DNA of 64,000 bases from Azolla caroliniana (taxonomy: Eukaryota > Plantae > Polypodiophyta): assembly GCA_043228905.1 (NCBI GenBank), contig JBHGNT010000011.1, positions 9,858,001 through 9,922,000 on the forward strand, read 5' to 3'. Below the pieces are notes generated by a model. It worked only from the letters and a program-made list of their open reading frames with translations. It was not told the DNA's origin and made no database searches. A program made the position numbers and the translations under genes. Each line of letters opens with the position of its first letter. Within the stretch, counting starts at the first letter, position 1. This document shows, one piece after another, positions 48,401-60,749 of the stretch.

Positions 48401-48948
48401 GGACTAAAGCTCTCCTCCTACCCTCCAAGTTTTAGTTATTGGTAGGGCTTCTGTGAACCTTAACATTTTCCCTAGTGTTTGTGCATCTTCGTCAGGAGAT
48501 GCCCCTTCCTTGTGCCCAGTGACTCGTACATTTAGGCGTCGAGATTGACGCATTTTCTCCTCCTCAAGGGTAGTGTTTACAATATTTTCATCCTTTAGTT
48601 CCTTTTTAATATTACGTTTTACTACATCAACCCAACTGGTTTTTGCTAATTCCATGTCGCTTTTAACCTCTTCCTTAACCTTTTTAATCTCGTCCTTAAT
48701 ATCCTCTAGGGAAGATATTTCACCATCTTCCCTAGATGTCTCGAGGTCCTTAACTTGTTTCTGAAGGTTAATATTGTCTACTTTAAGTATTGCAATTTTA
48801 GCAATAAGCACTTTTCTTTCTTCGTTATCTTTTTGTTTTTTAGATTCAATCTCTTTTGCCCATTTTAACTAAACGGTTAAGGACATCTAAAAATTCTTCC
48901 TTACTTGCCGTTTCTTCGTGTGAGTAAAGTTGGGTTCAGTTTCTTCGT

Positions 48949-49026
48949 GTGAGTAAATTTGCGTTTCGAACCCAAGACATAATGGCTTGTAGTGTAACAA
49001 GTTACCAATAGGGTAAGCTAATTACG

Positions 49027-49076
<50 letters not shown>

Positions 49077-49323
49077 AGACGGATGTACCTCAGTTGGTAA
49101 GGTTTAAGGTTACCCAATGGAGACCAAGAGGTCATGGGTTCAACCCCTACATTCCATAGTGGCATCTAGTGAATTAAAAGAGATATATATGAAGTATGTA
49201 ATAGAGAAGTGAATTAAAAGAGATATATATGAAGTATGTAATAGAGAGGTGAGATAATTGGGTTTTGAACCCAGGACATAATGCCTATAGTGTAACAACT
49301 TACCACTAGGGTAAGGTACTTAC

Positions 49324-49365
<42 letters not shown>

Positions 49366-49700
49366 TCGATGTTCAAGAACTTTACCAATGAATGTTGCAA
49401 TCATAAGTGCACATTGTGATTGTGAGAGAAGTTTGTGCAAGGCGAAAGAGAGATTGAGAGATGAGAAAATTGGGTCTTGAATCCAAGACCTACAACTAAT
49501 AATCTAACAACTTACCACTAACTCAGTTCGTAAAGTTGCCCAATGGAGACTAGAAGGTCAATGGTTTAACTCCTACATTCCAAAGTGGAATCTAATCAAT
49601 TAAGAGGATATATATAGAGTTATAAACAGGTGAGAAAGTTGGGCCTTGAACCCAATCACTTACCAAATAGGTAAGGTAATAACAATAAAACAAAGAGAAA
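48949..49700. repeat. Cluster of degenerate tRNA-derived (SINE-like) units in both orientations, interleaved with (AG)n
   Basis: Minus-strand units at about 48949-49030, 49249-49328, 49461-49520 and 49630-49685 (A box TACCCTAGTGGTAAG, B box GGGTTCRAANCC). Plus-strand units at about 49081-49157 and 49520-49585 (CTCAGTTGGTAAG ... GGGTTCAACCCC). Confidence 0.6.
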
Positions 49701-50141
49701 TTCATAGAGAGAGAGAGAGAGAGATTATCTAAACGCTTGAGAGGGCTTACCTTGCCATAGTGGAGATAACAAGGGTTGTATTATCATCTTGTTTTAATAG
49801 CAAACATAGAATTGCAAGACGAAAAAAACAAGAGAGAGAGAGAGAGAGAGAGTATTAACAACTAGGAAACCAAATATGATATATAGAGGGAGGTCAAACT
49901 CATGGTGAGGTTCAAACTTGGATTCTCTAATTTTTATGACTTTGATGCTAAAAAACATAATCAAACTTAAGGGAGAAAAGTCCAATCTAGTCATAGTTGA
50001 GATGTTTGTGTAATTGTTTAGAGACCACGAGACAATTTGATATGCAATGTAGCAAAGATGATTGAACAAATGGCATTTTTTCAATAGCTTTAATAAGCTT
50101 ACCATTACGATATTATCCATTTTAAATAAACAAAAATTATG

Positions 50142-50305
50142 GAAGCTATTGGGATATATCCATGAACTCTTTCATGGGCACTATTCTTCAAGTAAGCCTT
50201 TCTTATAGCTTGATGGTTCATTTTTGAAGCTATTAGGATATATCCATGAACTCTTTAATGGGCATTATTCTTCAAGTAAGCCTTTCCTATAGCTTGATGG
50301 TCCAA
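50142..50305. repeat. About 85-bp tandem duplication
   Basis: GAAGCTATT.GGATATATCCATGAACTCTTT...TATAGCTTGATGGT occurs twice. Confidence 0.85.
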
Positions 50306-51414
50306 TTCCTATTTAGCATAGTGATTGTAAATGTAATTACTTTTTCTTTGTGCTACCATCAAAATTAGGCAACGTTGGTAATTCTAAAAATCTTTTGTAC
50401 AATTGATATAAATCTTCTTCTTTTCCCTAGAGAGAAGAGATCACATTGAGTTGTGACGCAAACTTTAGGAAGAGTGCAATAATGCGTTGATTCACACAAA
50501 TATTAAATAAGCAAACACATTTATAATTTCAAACAATATCATACATACAAAAGAAAAAAGTGGCAAGCTTTCATTCTCTATTTTACCCTAACATTCTTAA
50601 CCCAAAGGAACTTCCCACATAAAATGAAAAGGAGAAAGCCAAAGTCAATGTTTTCTTATACTTAACCACCACTTCTTCACTTTACAATAACTTTCCAAAT
50701 CTCACAACCATATTACAATATATTGGCTCTTAGGTGGGGCAATGCAAATAAACTTTTCCTTTTAACATACAATTATCACATAGCATATATTCTTTAAGGT
50801 ATTGAACCGACATAACAAATATTAAAGCTTCTAACATGCACACACGAACTTACTCTTTCTCTTAATATGTGTGTGTGTGAGAGAGATGGAAATAAAGCTA
50901 CATTTATGCCCACTAAAGGTGGAAATTTGGCATACATGAAGAATCATGATAACGAATACAAGTAGCTTAAGGCCTTCCATACTTGGAAAATAATAATTTG
51001 AACATTTTTATCTCAAGGTTAGGGCGATATAGAAATGTGATTGATACACTTCTATTATGGGCATGACAAACAGTTTAATTGATATGTTATGATAATGATA
51101 GTATATGACTTATCATTTGAATATCTCAGTATGAGGATTTCATAAATTCATAGCCCAAGGATGGCTAAATTTATTGTTGTGGTACTTGAATTTTGAAATT
51201 TTCGCAAAATTCAATTCCAAAAATTCCCCAATGGAAGCCTCTTTTCTATTTATCAAAGAGAGAATTATTTTCTTGTGCTCACTTGAATGAGTCATGAGTC
51301 TTGGGAAGTACATGCCTATGGAAGAAGTTAATGATGTGAACTTGTTTAGGAAAAATATGCACATTTGAAAAGTCTCCTCACTTGTGTTTCAACGCGTCAA
51401 ATCCTATCCAAGAG

Positions 51415-51870
51415 AATGTGAGCTAAGTCGCACATAAGCAATGGTGTGAACAGTAGACAACACAACAAGCTCTAGCAGGTATTAGTGATTGACATTTCCC
51501 ATTCGGAAAAGAAGATGGTTTTGTACTTTGTTGCTATACATGTAATATAATGTGTGAAATGTGAGCCTCCATATGTTTCCCAAGTTGTGATACTTGGGAA
51601 CATTAGACAACACAACAAGCTCTAGCAAGTATTAGTGATTGACATTTCCCATTCGGAAAAGAAGATGGTTTTGTACTTTGTTGCTATACATGTAATATAA
51701 TGTGTGAAATGTGAGCCTCCATATGTTTCCCAAGTTGTGATACTTGTGCTACAAAAAAACCTCATTTATGGAGGAAGTTATCATTGCAACATGAAGCAAG
51801 TGTTATGCATTCTATCTTCCAAACTATTTTTTCATATCTTGTATCAATTTAAAACTCGGAATTTTGTGAA
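51415..51870 (-). mobile_element. Old RTE-X family-2 fragment with an internal 150-bp tandem duplication
   Basis: Similar to about 30085-30370. TAGACAACACAACAAGCTCTAGC...GTGATACTTG starts at 51454 and 51604. Confidence 0.7.
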
Positions 51871-54800
51871 TGATGCTCTACTATATGTTAACCATGGCTT
51901 TTCCATTGTACTTCATACCTATGCTTGCTTTGGATACATTTGGATTGTTAATTATAGTTGCATTGAGAGGAGGAAATGCTTATCTTTCTCTGTTGGTATT
52001 GGAACCATCACATGGCATGTGTTAGATAGATGTACATGGTTTATGTTGGACCAAATTTTGTAACAATCTTGGTTTTCAAGTTATTTTTGTTGTTGCACCT
52101 TCTGGATCTTAGAGTTGCATTTTACTCATGCTCGCAAGTCTTGACATAGAGTGATTTTCCCAAAACCACAAGGTATACGTGAAGTTCAAGATCTTGAGAT
52201 TTGGAGTCAAGCTCTTTTTCTAAACCTTCTTCTTCATGGACTCTTTCCTTCGTAAGGAAGCTTGGAATCATTTCTTAGTTAATGCTATGTTTCAACGTCT
52301 CCTGCACTAATGAGGTGGCGTTGAGAATATGAATATCGTCGCTATGAAAAGAAGCCCCACATATAGATGTCTCCTCTAGATCGTGGGGTTTATTCAATGA
52401 GACAAACTACAATGCTTGTATATTTCCACCTATTTGTGTTCATAATTGATACTTGATATGAGTATGCGTATAATTTTCATACTAGAGTGATGGCTAACAC
52501 CATGGTTCTTTATCATGAACCTATATTTGCGCAGTCAAAACATAACATTCAATAGATCCAAAGTTGATTTATTAAAAATTATTGAGTTGATGACTTTAGA
52601 TTCAAATGGGACCACCACATAGATATCAAGTGTGGGATCTTGATTAATGGTTGTCGCTCTTATACTCTATAACTACAACAAAAAATTATAGTCTCTTTCT
52701 TGTTCTACTTTGTGCGGATAGAGAGAAGAACCTCACACACAACATGTGCCACTCCTACTCATGTTAGATGCGATAGATTTTTTGAACATGTTTTTGTCAA
52801 GCTTATGATAATATTGTATAATTTGTATGGTTTGTTAGTGCATCCCTCTCCTTCTCAAGCCTCCATAAAGATTTTAGTAAAAAATGCTTTTGGTTGAGAC
52901 ATAAGGTAGATGTTCAATTTGTCATATGAGGGTTAGCTATTACACCTTGTATTTATACTCACAACTAGAGGTATTCTAGAGGAACTTTATCTATGTTTCT
53001 TTTTTAAGAGTTTGATAGTCATCATCAAGATGTTAGCTTTAACATTGCCTCTAGTATTTGATTGTACAATATTTGGATGAATTGATGCTCGTAAATACTT
53101 GCCATGAGATATAATCTACATTGTAAATCTTAGCTATAAGATGAAGTGAGTTGATACATACAAATTTAAAGAGACACTTTTTCTACAAGTTTGTCGAAGT
53201 TTGTTCGGGAAAGGAAGGCTCCCTTCTTTGTCACTTCATTCTCGCCTTTTCTTCATTTACATTGTTGACTTGTAAGTCATTGTACAGCCAATAGAAGGTT
53301 CCACCTCATTGTTCATAAGTTATATCATTCCCACAATTTACTTGGCATAGAGCGACTTTCATAACTCTTTCTTTAGTACTTTGTTCTATTCTCAAACTTT
53401 GTAAATTTAGGATTCAAATTTGAGAGAGAGAGAGAGAGAGAGAGAGGAGTGTTATAAAACTCATATATGTGGGTTTATTGTAGCAATTTAAATTACAATA
53501 TCACCCTAACAAAAAAAACCATTGCTAGATTGGCTTCTCTCGATGTTCAATGAGATAAAGAATGTCACAACACACTTATTTGAACTCTTTTAGAATGTGA
53601 TACCACAAACGTATGTTATTGCAGCTCATTCAAAATCCTCAAGAATGCCATGCTTTCCTTGTTTCACCATAGAGATTTACCCTTTTGAAAACTCACGAAG
53701 GATGTGAATTAAACGACGCATGTGGCCCCTGAATGGTGTAGAGTCAAACACGTGCATTGAGATAAGGGGGGGAAAGGAATGTTAAGCACAAGAGAACAAA
53801 TGACAAGGACACATTAGTTTTTACGAAAACAAGGACTTGGTTGGAACAAATTTGAACCCTCTTAAGAGCAAATAACACCTTGCATAACATCCACTTCAAA
53901 CCAGTATCACGTTTGCCTTAAATGCGCGAATGTCTTAAAATAATGGGCAATTTTGAGCCTTAGTGAGAGTGAACAATATCTTACATATAAATCTAATCTT
54001 ACAATATCCTGTATTTCTTCCTAACTAATGGGTAGTAATTTTTTTGGAAAAAAAAAACCCTACATATAAATCTCTTCAAATCCCATTACATGTTCCTCAA
54101 AGATGTAGAAACATAATCCAATGAGAGACACAAGTTTGAACCCTTAGAATGAGAGAATAACCAAGTTTAGGGTTTAGGGTTGGTCGACTTCATAACAAAG
54201 TTTATGCAAGTTTTGACGTAGTATACATTCAAATGGCACACACAAATTTGAAGCTTACTTGGAGCGAATAAGATCTTACAAGTCATCCATTTCAGACTGG
54301 AAATCACATGTTGGTCGCACAAAACACGCAGACATACATTGAAATGAGACACACTTTCACTCACTCACTCATTCACTCGAATGTGACTTATCTAAGTTAC
54401 AGGCTAACACACACAAAGAGAAAGTTTTTCTTTTTTATACATCCTAATGTATGTAGCAGCATTGACCAGAAGAGAACTTAAATGAACATCCATCTTCCAA
54501 TGCTTTGCACTGCCTCTCCATACCTTCATCATCACCCTTCATACATATCATTTGGGCTGTAGAAGCACCAATATCCACTTGCAATTCTCCTTGACATCAT
54601 CCTGTTAATGCAATTTATTCATGATTGGTTTGGTTGCGATCAATTCCCCGATTCTTGACACAAAGAGATAAATTGAGTTGTGCAAAGCCTGGCATTATTT
54701 ACCTCTTGCTCGAAAGTCGATCGCTGCATGTGTCTTTACATTTCCTGCCATCTAAGACGCTCTCCATGTAATGTTTTGCACAATTGCTGCAATACATCTT

Positions 54801-55229
54801 TCCACATGCCTGGGATTTTTATACATGAGGGATTCGTCAAAATCGAGCACAGATTTAACTCATTTGTTTTATCAAATTTTGCTCTTCACACAAAAGCAGT
54901 AATTGTGGTAGGAAGATTTTCAAACCAACAAGGTGACATATATGTTACCATTTTAAAGTTTTCCTTTCTTAAAAGATCTACTCAATTCCCAGAGCTTAGT
55001 TTGAGAAAATGTTCTGGGTACTTTACTTTCATGTCAGGTTGTCAAAAACAGTGTTTTAACTCATGTGAACAAACTCAATCAACCCTAACTCAAGTGGACA
55101 CACTCGATCCACGCTAACTCATGTACACATACCCATAATCTTTTACTAAAATATATTACCTTTCATATGAACCCCACATCTTCCAATAAAATGTGAATCA
55201 AAGAAGCCAATCTCCCATTGATTCGAGAA

Positions 55230-56102
55230 TTACAAGGATGAAAGTGAGCTTACCAAGCAACGGCATTTGAAGAAGACGGTGTAAGAGGAACAAGTCGAGC
55301 ATTCATTGGTCGGGTGGACCTTCGATTTTGCGAAGCCATAATTAGTTTCATGTTTCCTCCCACTATCCTGAATATGCAAATAAGGCTTCGATGTGAAATG
55401 GTCTTTCAAGAACCCCTTCGGGGCCGACAGGTTAGGCCGAGTTCGCATCGGCTTCTTGTGCCTTAGGCCACAGAAAGAGAAGTCGAAGGAGACTTTCCGA
55501 TGGAATGAGGAAGGAAAGATGCTCCTTCTTTTCCCTGTAGAATTCAAAGATTTGTCTTGTGAGTGAGAGTTGAGATCGTCTTCCCCGATGATGGCTTTAA
55601 GGTTTCCACTGATGGTGTAGGAAGGATCGACTATGTCTTTGAGAGAGAGGTCATAAGAACTTTCAGACATGTTTTCATAGAGTTTCTGAAGCTCTAGAAG
55701 GCGGTCGAATTTTCCTTTCTCGGCATAATCATTACCATACTGATGATGATCATGAGATGAAGACGACATTCCTAGGCTTAAGGAGGACATATGGCTTGCA
55801 TATCCAGGAAGCCAAAGTTCCACATAATGCCCACCATCATCATCTTCATCTTCATCATGAAACATGGCATGCCCATCATCATCATGAATCATGGTATGCC
55901 CATAATCATGATGAAACATGGTCTGTTGAGAAGAGGTATGTCTATCATGAATGATGGTACGCCCATTGCCATCATCCTCACCACCATGAGATATGATATG
56001 CACATCATCATCCTGAACCATGGTACATCCATCATTTTCATTTTCATGAACCATGGTATTGCCATCATCCTCATGACCACATTCTGTCCGAAAACTCATC
56101 AT
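55230..56102 (-). CDS. Single-exon 290-aa uncharacterised plant protein with N-terminal His/Asp repeats and an ExSYDLSLKD motif
   Basis: Long ATG-initiated ORF in AT-rich context with an upstream (GA)n tract. LLELQKLYENMSESSYDLSLKDIVD resembles the MPESxYELSLKDLV motif I recall from EMB2170-like plant proteins. Confidence 0.7.
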   Translation of the reverse strand: MMSFRTECGHEDDGNTMVHENENDGCTMVQDDDVHIISHGGEDDGNGRTIIHDRHTSSQQTMFHHDYGHTMIHDDDGHAMFHDEDEDDDGGHYVELWLPGYASHMSSLSLGMSSSSHDHHQYGNDYAEKGKFDRLLELQKLYENMSESSYDLSLKDIVDPSYTISGNLKAIIGEDDLNSHSQDKSLNSTGKRRSIFPSSFHRKVSFDFSFCGLRHKKPMRTRPNLSAPKGFLKDHFTSKPYLHIQDSGRKHETNYGFAKSKVHPTNECSTCSSYTVFFKCRCLVSSLSSL

Positions 56103-58669
56103 TCTTTCTCGCTAACAATTCTTGCAAAAGGAAGAAGAAAGACCTTGAAAGAAAGTTTCAAATGATTAACTCATCTCCACAGCTGGATCTATCAGTGCTT
56201 ACCTCATACATATATGCAGCTAACGGCTCCAATGGATACGTCTGTTAGAATTTCAGAGCGATGATGGAAGCTAGAAGCTGGAGCTATCGAAATTTTTTGG
56301 GGGCTTCAAAAAGAGATTGGTGTATGTTTTGAGAGTTTCAGAGTGCCTCTTCTGTCGGATCAGGGTATGAAAGTTTGAAGCTTTCAAAAAGACTCTCTCT
56401 CTCTCTCTCCCTCTCTCTCTCTCTTCTCTATTGTGTGTCAGAATTTATGCCTGTTGTTGGGATTGAGACCCTAATTTAATGGTGAAACCTTAAAGTTTTA
56501 AGATTGCTTGCTGCTGGTGGATACACAGAAAACAATCAGTGTCAACAAGAAGAGAGAGGGAAACAAGACTCTGCTTTCTCCTCTGTTTTTTATTTTTCAA
56601 AAAAAGGCAAAAGAAGAGGAGAGAAGTGTCAAAACCACCCACAAACATATACATACATATACAAATTATGCAATACATAATATATATACAATATATATAT
56701 ATATAACTGCTCACACACACACACTCATTTTTCTCTTCCAAAATGCTTTTGAATGTTATTATGTTGTATCCACAATACATACATACATACATACATACAC
56801 AACACACACCTCATGCTTCTTGAATGGGTGTTACACACACAACAAAAAGAACACATAAACTAATACCTTGTGCTCTCCTTTGTTTATTTTAACTCTCCCC
56901 AAGATCCATGCCTCTCCTTATGCCTCTCTCTGTTTGTATTTGTGTTTGTGTTTGTATCTGTGCCTATGATTGTGCCTGTGCACGCGGACGTGGGGGGTGG
57001 ATCGCATACATTATTCTCTGGTGGCCCAACTCCACTCCAGCTTCCCCGTTTCGCTACCTTGCAAAGACGTGTGTGCTTCGCACGACCCATGATATGCGAT
57101 CCTTGACATGCCGGTGTGTGTTTGACCAATCCAATTAACCCATGGGATGGGTCATGGGCATCAAAGATGTGCATGGGCCCACGATTTCGTGTCAAGTGTG
57201 TCTAACCATGAGAAAGAATATCATAAACTTTAGGCCCCCCGAACTGCATGATATGGTGGTACAAGGGTCTGAATTTGTCCCAAAATATACAATGGTAATT
57301 GCCTCCAATAGTATGCATACCATACATATGTCAATGAAATGCCCATTTGTTTGTATTCGCCTCCCACATAGATTTCATAACTTGCTACTAGTTGTCGTTT
57401 TCTCTCATCTATATCTGTCTTTATTTTGAGCCCATGCAAACAAGTGTACACTTGTCAATGGTCTTGCTCATTTTTTCATGTAAGATTTGAATCTACGTAT
57501 CTAAGAGAGTATGTTGATGTCATTAGGTGTGAGTTGGAGCAAGTGATTTATTTACCTATCATCCTAACCCATGCCCTCTCGGCTTTTTATGACTTGATTT
57601 TCTAAGCTTTAAACTAATGAGTCCCTAACCAATGTTGTAGTGACATCTTTCTGTGAGTTCATAATCAATATAGTGTATGGTAATTTCAATTACTTTAAAC
57701 AAACTTGCCATAAACCTTAAGATGAAGTGGTGCTTTCAATATACATGTAGCAAGGATTGTACCTATGCCCCCATGTATTTCATATTGTCTCTATGTAAAT
57801 AGATTTGTATGAAGATCCATGAGTAGCATACAAGCTTAGAACAAGTTAAGATAGAGTAGCAAACTAAGTGTAAACACTAGGAGACCACTTTGTGCATATT
57901 GGGACACACATATATGATGTGTACAACATCTAGTGGTTGCTCCTAGGAAAGGATAGCCATCCCGCCTAACCTACCTTAAAGCAAAAGATGATGGTTGCTT
58001 TCTTATACGCGTCCAATTACATTGATTAATTTATTCCTTTACATTGGTAAATATGCATATGAACAAAACAATATGTGAAAGAAAGGTTTAAAAACATCCT
58101 CAAAAGTTTTGACATTTAATCACATTACAATTTCATATTTCATATAAGTGACTTGTGCAATGGTGAGTTCATATGATTTACTTGTGCAAGGACTAGTTCT
58201 TTATCTAAATTCCCTTTCATCCCTTTATATACTTTTCTATGAGGAAGAGTGCTATCATGATGGAAAATTTGAGCATCAATATTCTCTCTTTGGTGTTTGC
58301 ATTATTACTAATACATCTATGAATGACTTGTGGAGGGGTAATATATTTATTAAATTAGGGATTTTCATCTTCAGGAATGCATCAATAATTGTCCTCTAGC
58401 ATTTGCATTATTGACAAGGAACCATGTATTGTCAATAGGAATGTCCAATACCCTTCAATTATTGCTCAAAAATAGATGCATCATGTACAAAAGATCCTTT
58501 CTCAAGCATAATTTGTAACATAAACTCTTAATGCACACATTTTTCGTTTGGCTTCTACTCAATGGTGTCTTTCATGATTTCAATATTATTAGATGGCATT
58601 AATTATGGTTTCTAGCTACATTGTTCCAATGTGCATTGCCATTATCATGCATGGTACATGGTTTCCACG

Positions 58670-60640
58670 TTCTTTTCTTCTTCGTCTTTTCCAAAAAAAA
58701 ACTCCTTCCATTAGTTATAAATTTTACAAATAAGACTATTATGTACAAATCCCTAAAGGGACGCGATAGTTCCATCTTATGTGGATGCCCACTAACTCAA
58801 GAAAGGGAGAGGACGACCATTGTTGGATGAAGGCTATTCATTGTCTTTCGACTCCATCGGAGCCGCCCTTGAGGCCATCATATTGGCTCTTTAGAGTGGC
58901 TACAATTTCACTCCATATCTCTTGTAGTAACCTTGTTGGATGCGCGGTTTGGTTGGAGAAGACCCGTCTACACCGTTGTTTCCATAGAATTCAAAGAGTT
59001 ATTGGGTTGACCAATTCCAACACAACTTGAGATTTGTCATTAAGAGGAGTTAAGTGGACATTGCCACTAGTGGAGAAAAAAACATCTTGTACTTTTATCA
59101 CCAAAGTCATCCCCTCCTCTCGATGCTCATATCTACCAATTGGGGTCTGCCATGATAGCCAACATATATTTTTCCACTTGATTGAGGCTTGCACCAAGCA
59201 TAATTGCAACAAGCGGCCAACCCCCCGCCATATTCGATGGGACGTTGGGCAATCCCATAGAGCTTGTCATATTGATTCTACTACATTTGGGCACTCTACA
59301 CAATTAGGAGAGCTAAGGTTCCCACATTGCCATGCTCCCACCGGTAGTGACTTATGTATTAATAACCATTGGAACGTGGTAATTCGCCTCGCGTGTTGTT
59401 GTTTCCATATTTTTTGCCAAAACTTGGTGATAATTGTGTGAGGAACTTGAAATGTGTGCCAGACCTTTGCAGCAGCCGGCTCTCTGGCGGTTTGAGCAGC
59501 TAGAATGTGGCGACCCAATCTAGTTCTGAATTGGAAGAAAGGGATGGGTTTGCTTCCATGCCCTGTGTAAGGATCACACCATGTCCATTGCAAAGGGTCC
59601 CAACTGACCTTATGTAGCCATGTGTTTTCATGAGTACATATGTGCCAATCGGGTTGTACTTTGATTGGATCAAGATCTACAATCCATTTATGACCAGTAT
59701 ACGCGAGTACTCAAATTGCGTTAATCTGTGTTAGTGTCTCAGTGTCTCACAATTCAGAGCTTTCGATCCTGTCTGGTGTTCCCCTACCTCTCGAGATCAA
59801 AGCTCCCTCCTCCTCGTAGCCTATCCATTTCTCCTTTGTCGTCCTTTGAGTAGCAACTTCCCTAATCAGTATAGTGTTAATGATTTCCGATCTCGTAGTC
59901 CATCCGCCCTTGATTCCATGGAGTATGCTGGCTTGATCTTGTAGTGGCAGTGACATAAACCGTCTCCAACATTCTATACTTTTTATGTATCCCCAGGACA
60001 ACCCCTTACGTGATCCCAGTAGTTGATTAGATTCATCCTTGATACATGGGTTCCATAGGATACGTTCACTGAGCCAGGCAAGTTCGGATCTCGGTTGATC
60101 GCACTTGAGCCCTCGTCTAATGTCACACCATGCCTTCCACATGGATGCATTGAATCTATCCTCCAATTGGCGAGAGAAACTAGGTTTGAGATCCATGTTT
60201 AGAATCCATCCCGTTTGGGGGCCCAATTGACCCCTTTTCATGGCCTAAAGTAAGCGAAACGTAACCGCAATAACATTTTCCAACAATCATTTCCTGGTTG
60301 GAGTCCTCGCACCACAAATTTGGCAAGTAAGGCTTTTGATTGTGAAAGGGGATCAATAAGACCCAATCCCCCTCTCGACTTAGGTGCTATGAGTATAGGT
60401 CACGCCACCTTGGCGCGAGTTACATGATCTTCCTTACTAGACCAAATGTAGTAGCGTACCAGTCGTTGAATTTGATGTATACTTTCATTGGAGATTGTCC
60501 AACATGATAGACTGTACCATGTTGTTGCAGTAGTACCTGGTTTGCCACTATGATGCAACCTGCTAGCGACAGTTTTTTCAAACTCCAATGTATCAACTTT
60601 TGTCGAATGGAATGGATAACGGGTGCACATTCAAACACAT
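58670..60640 (-). mobile_element. L1-type LINE 3' portion (post-RT region, zf-RVT, A-rich tail), degenerate
   Basis: KKLSLAG..IVANQVL, AKVAW, RGGLGL, FQWLLIHKSLPVG..CVECPNVVESI, TLWILWKQRC. The tail lies at about 58670-58700. Confidence 0.85.
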
Positions 60641-60749
60641 TGATTCAAGTGTGCATATTGTTCTTAAGACATTCCATTTGCCAATGTCAAAAAAATAAAG
60701 ATGTGAACTCATATTTCAACCAATAATCCATTAGAGTAAACCCCATTAC

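Larger units (their letters stand above)
23471..48950 (-). mobile_element. Near-full-length RTE-X-like LINE (about 4.6 kb once reconstructed) split into 23471-24870, 39468-39881 and 46133-48950
   Basis: ORF1 from ATG 48886 (coiled coil, RRLNVRVTG, IYLDEDLT). APE motifs DILFLVETH, GGVAIL, VGDFN, VDY, DH. RT motifs GVKQGCPLS|LFGIYID and YANDIV, and WLFDS|LVTPS, read through both insertion sites. C-terminal LRISSHQL..ENGR..RLCRLC..EDEYH..CKCP. The 3' end abuts (AG)n at about 23418-23470. Confidence 0.88.

Noticed and set aside
49081-49157. Functional tRNA gene
   Set aside because: A and B boxes are present, but I could not fold a clean cloverleaf, and degenerate copies lie nearby. It is treated as a tRNA-derived repeat.
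54165-54182. Interstitial telomere (TTTAGGG twice)
   Set aside because: Only about two units, so it is at most a telo-box or a chance match.
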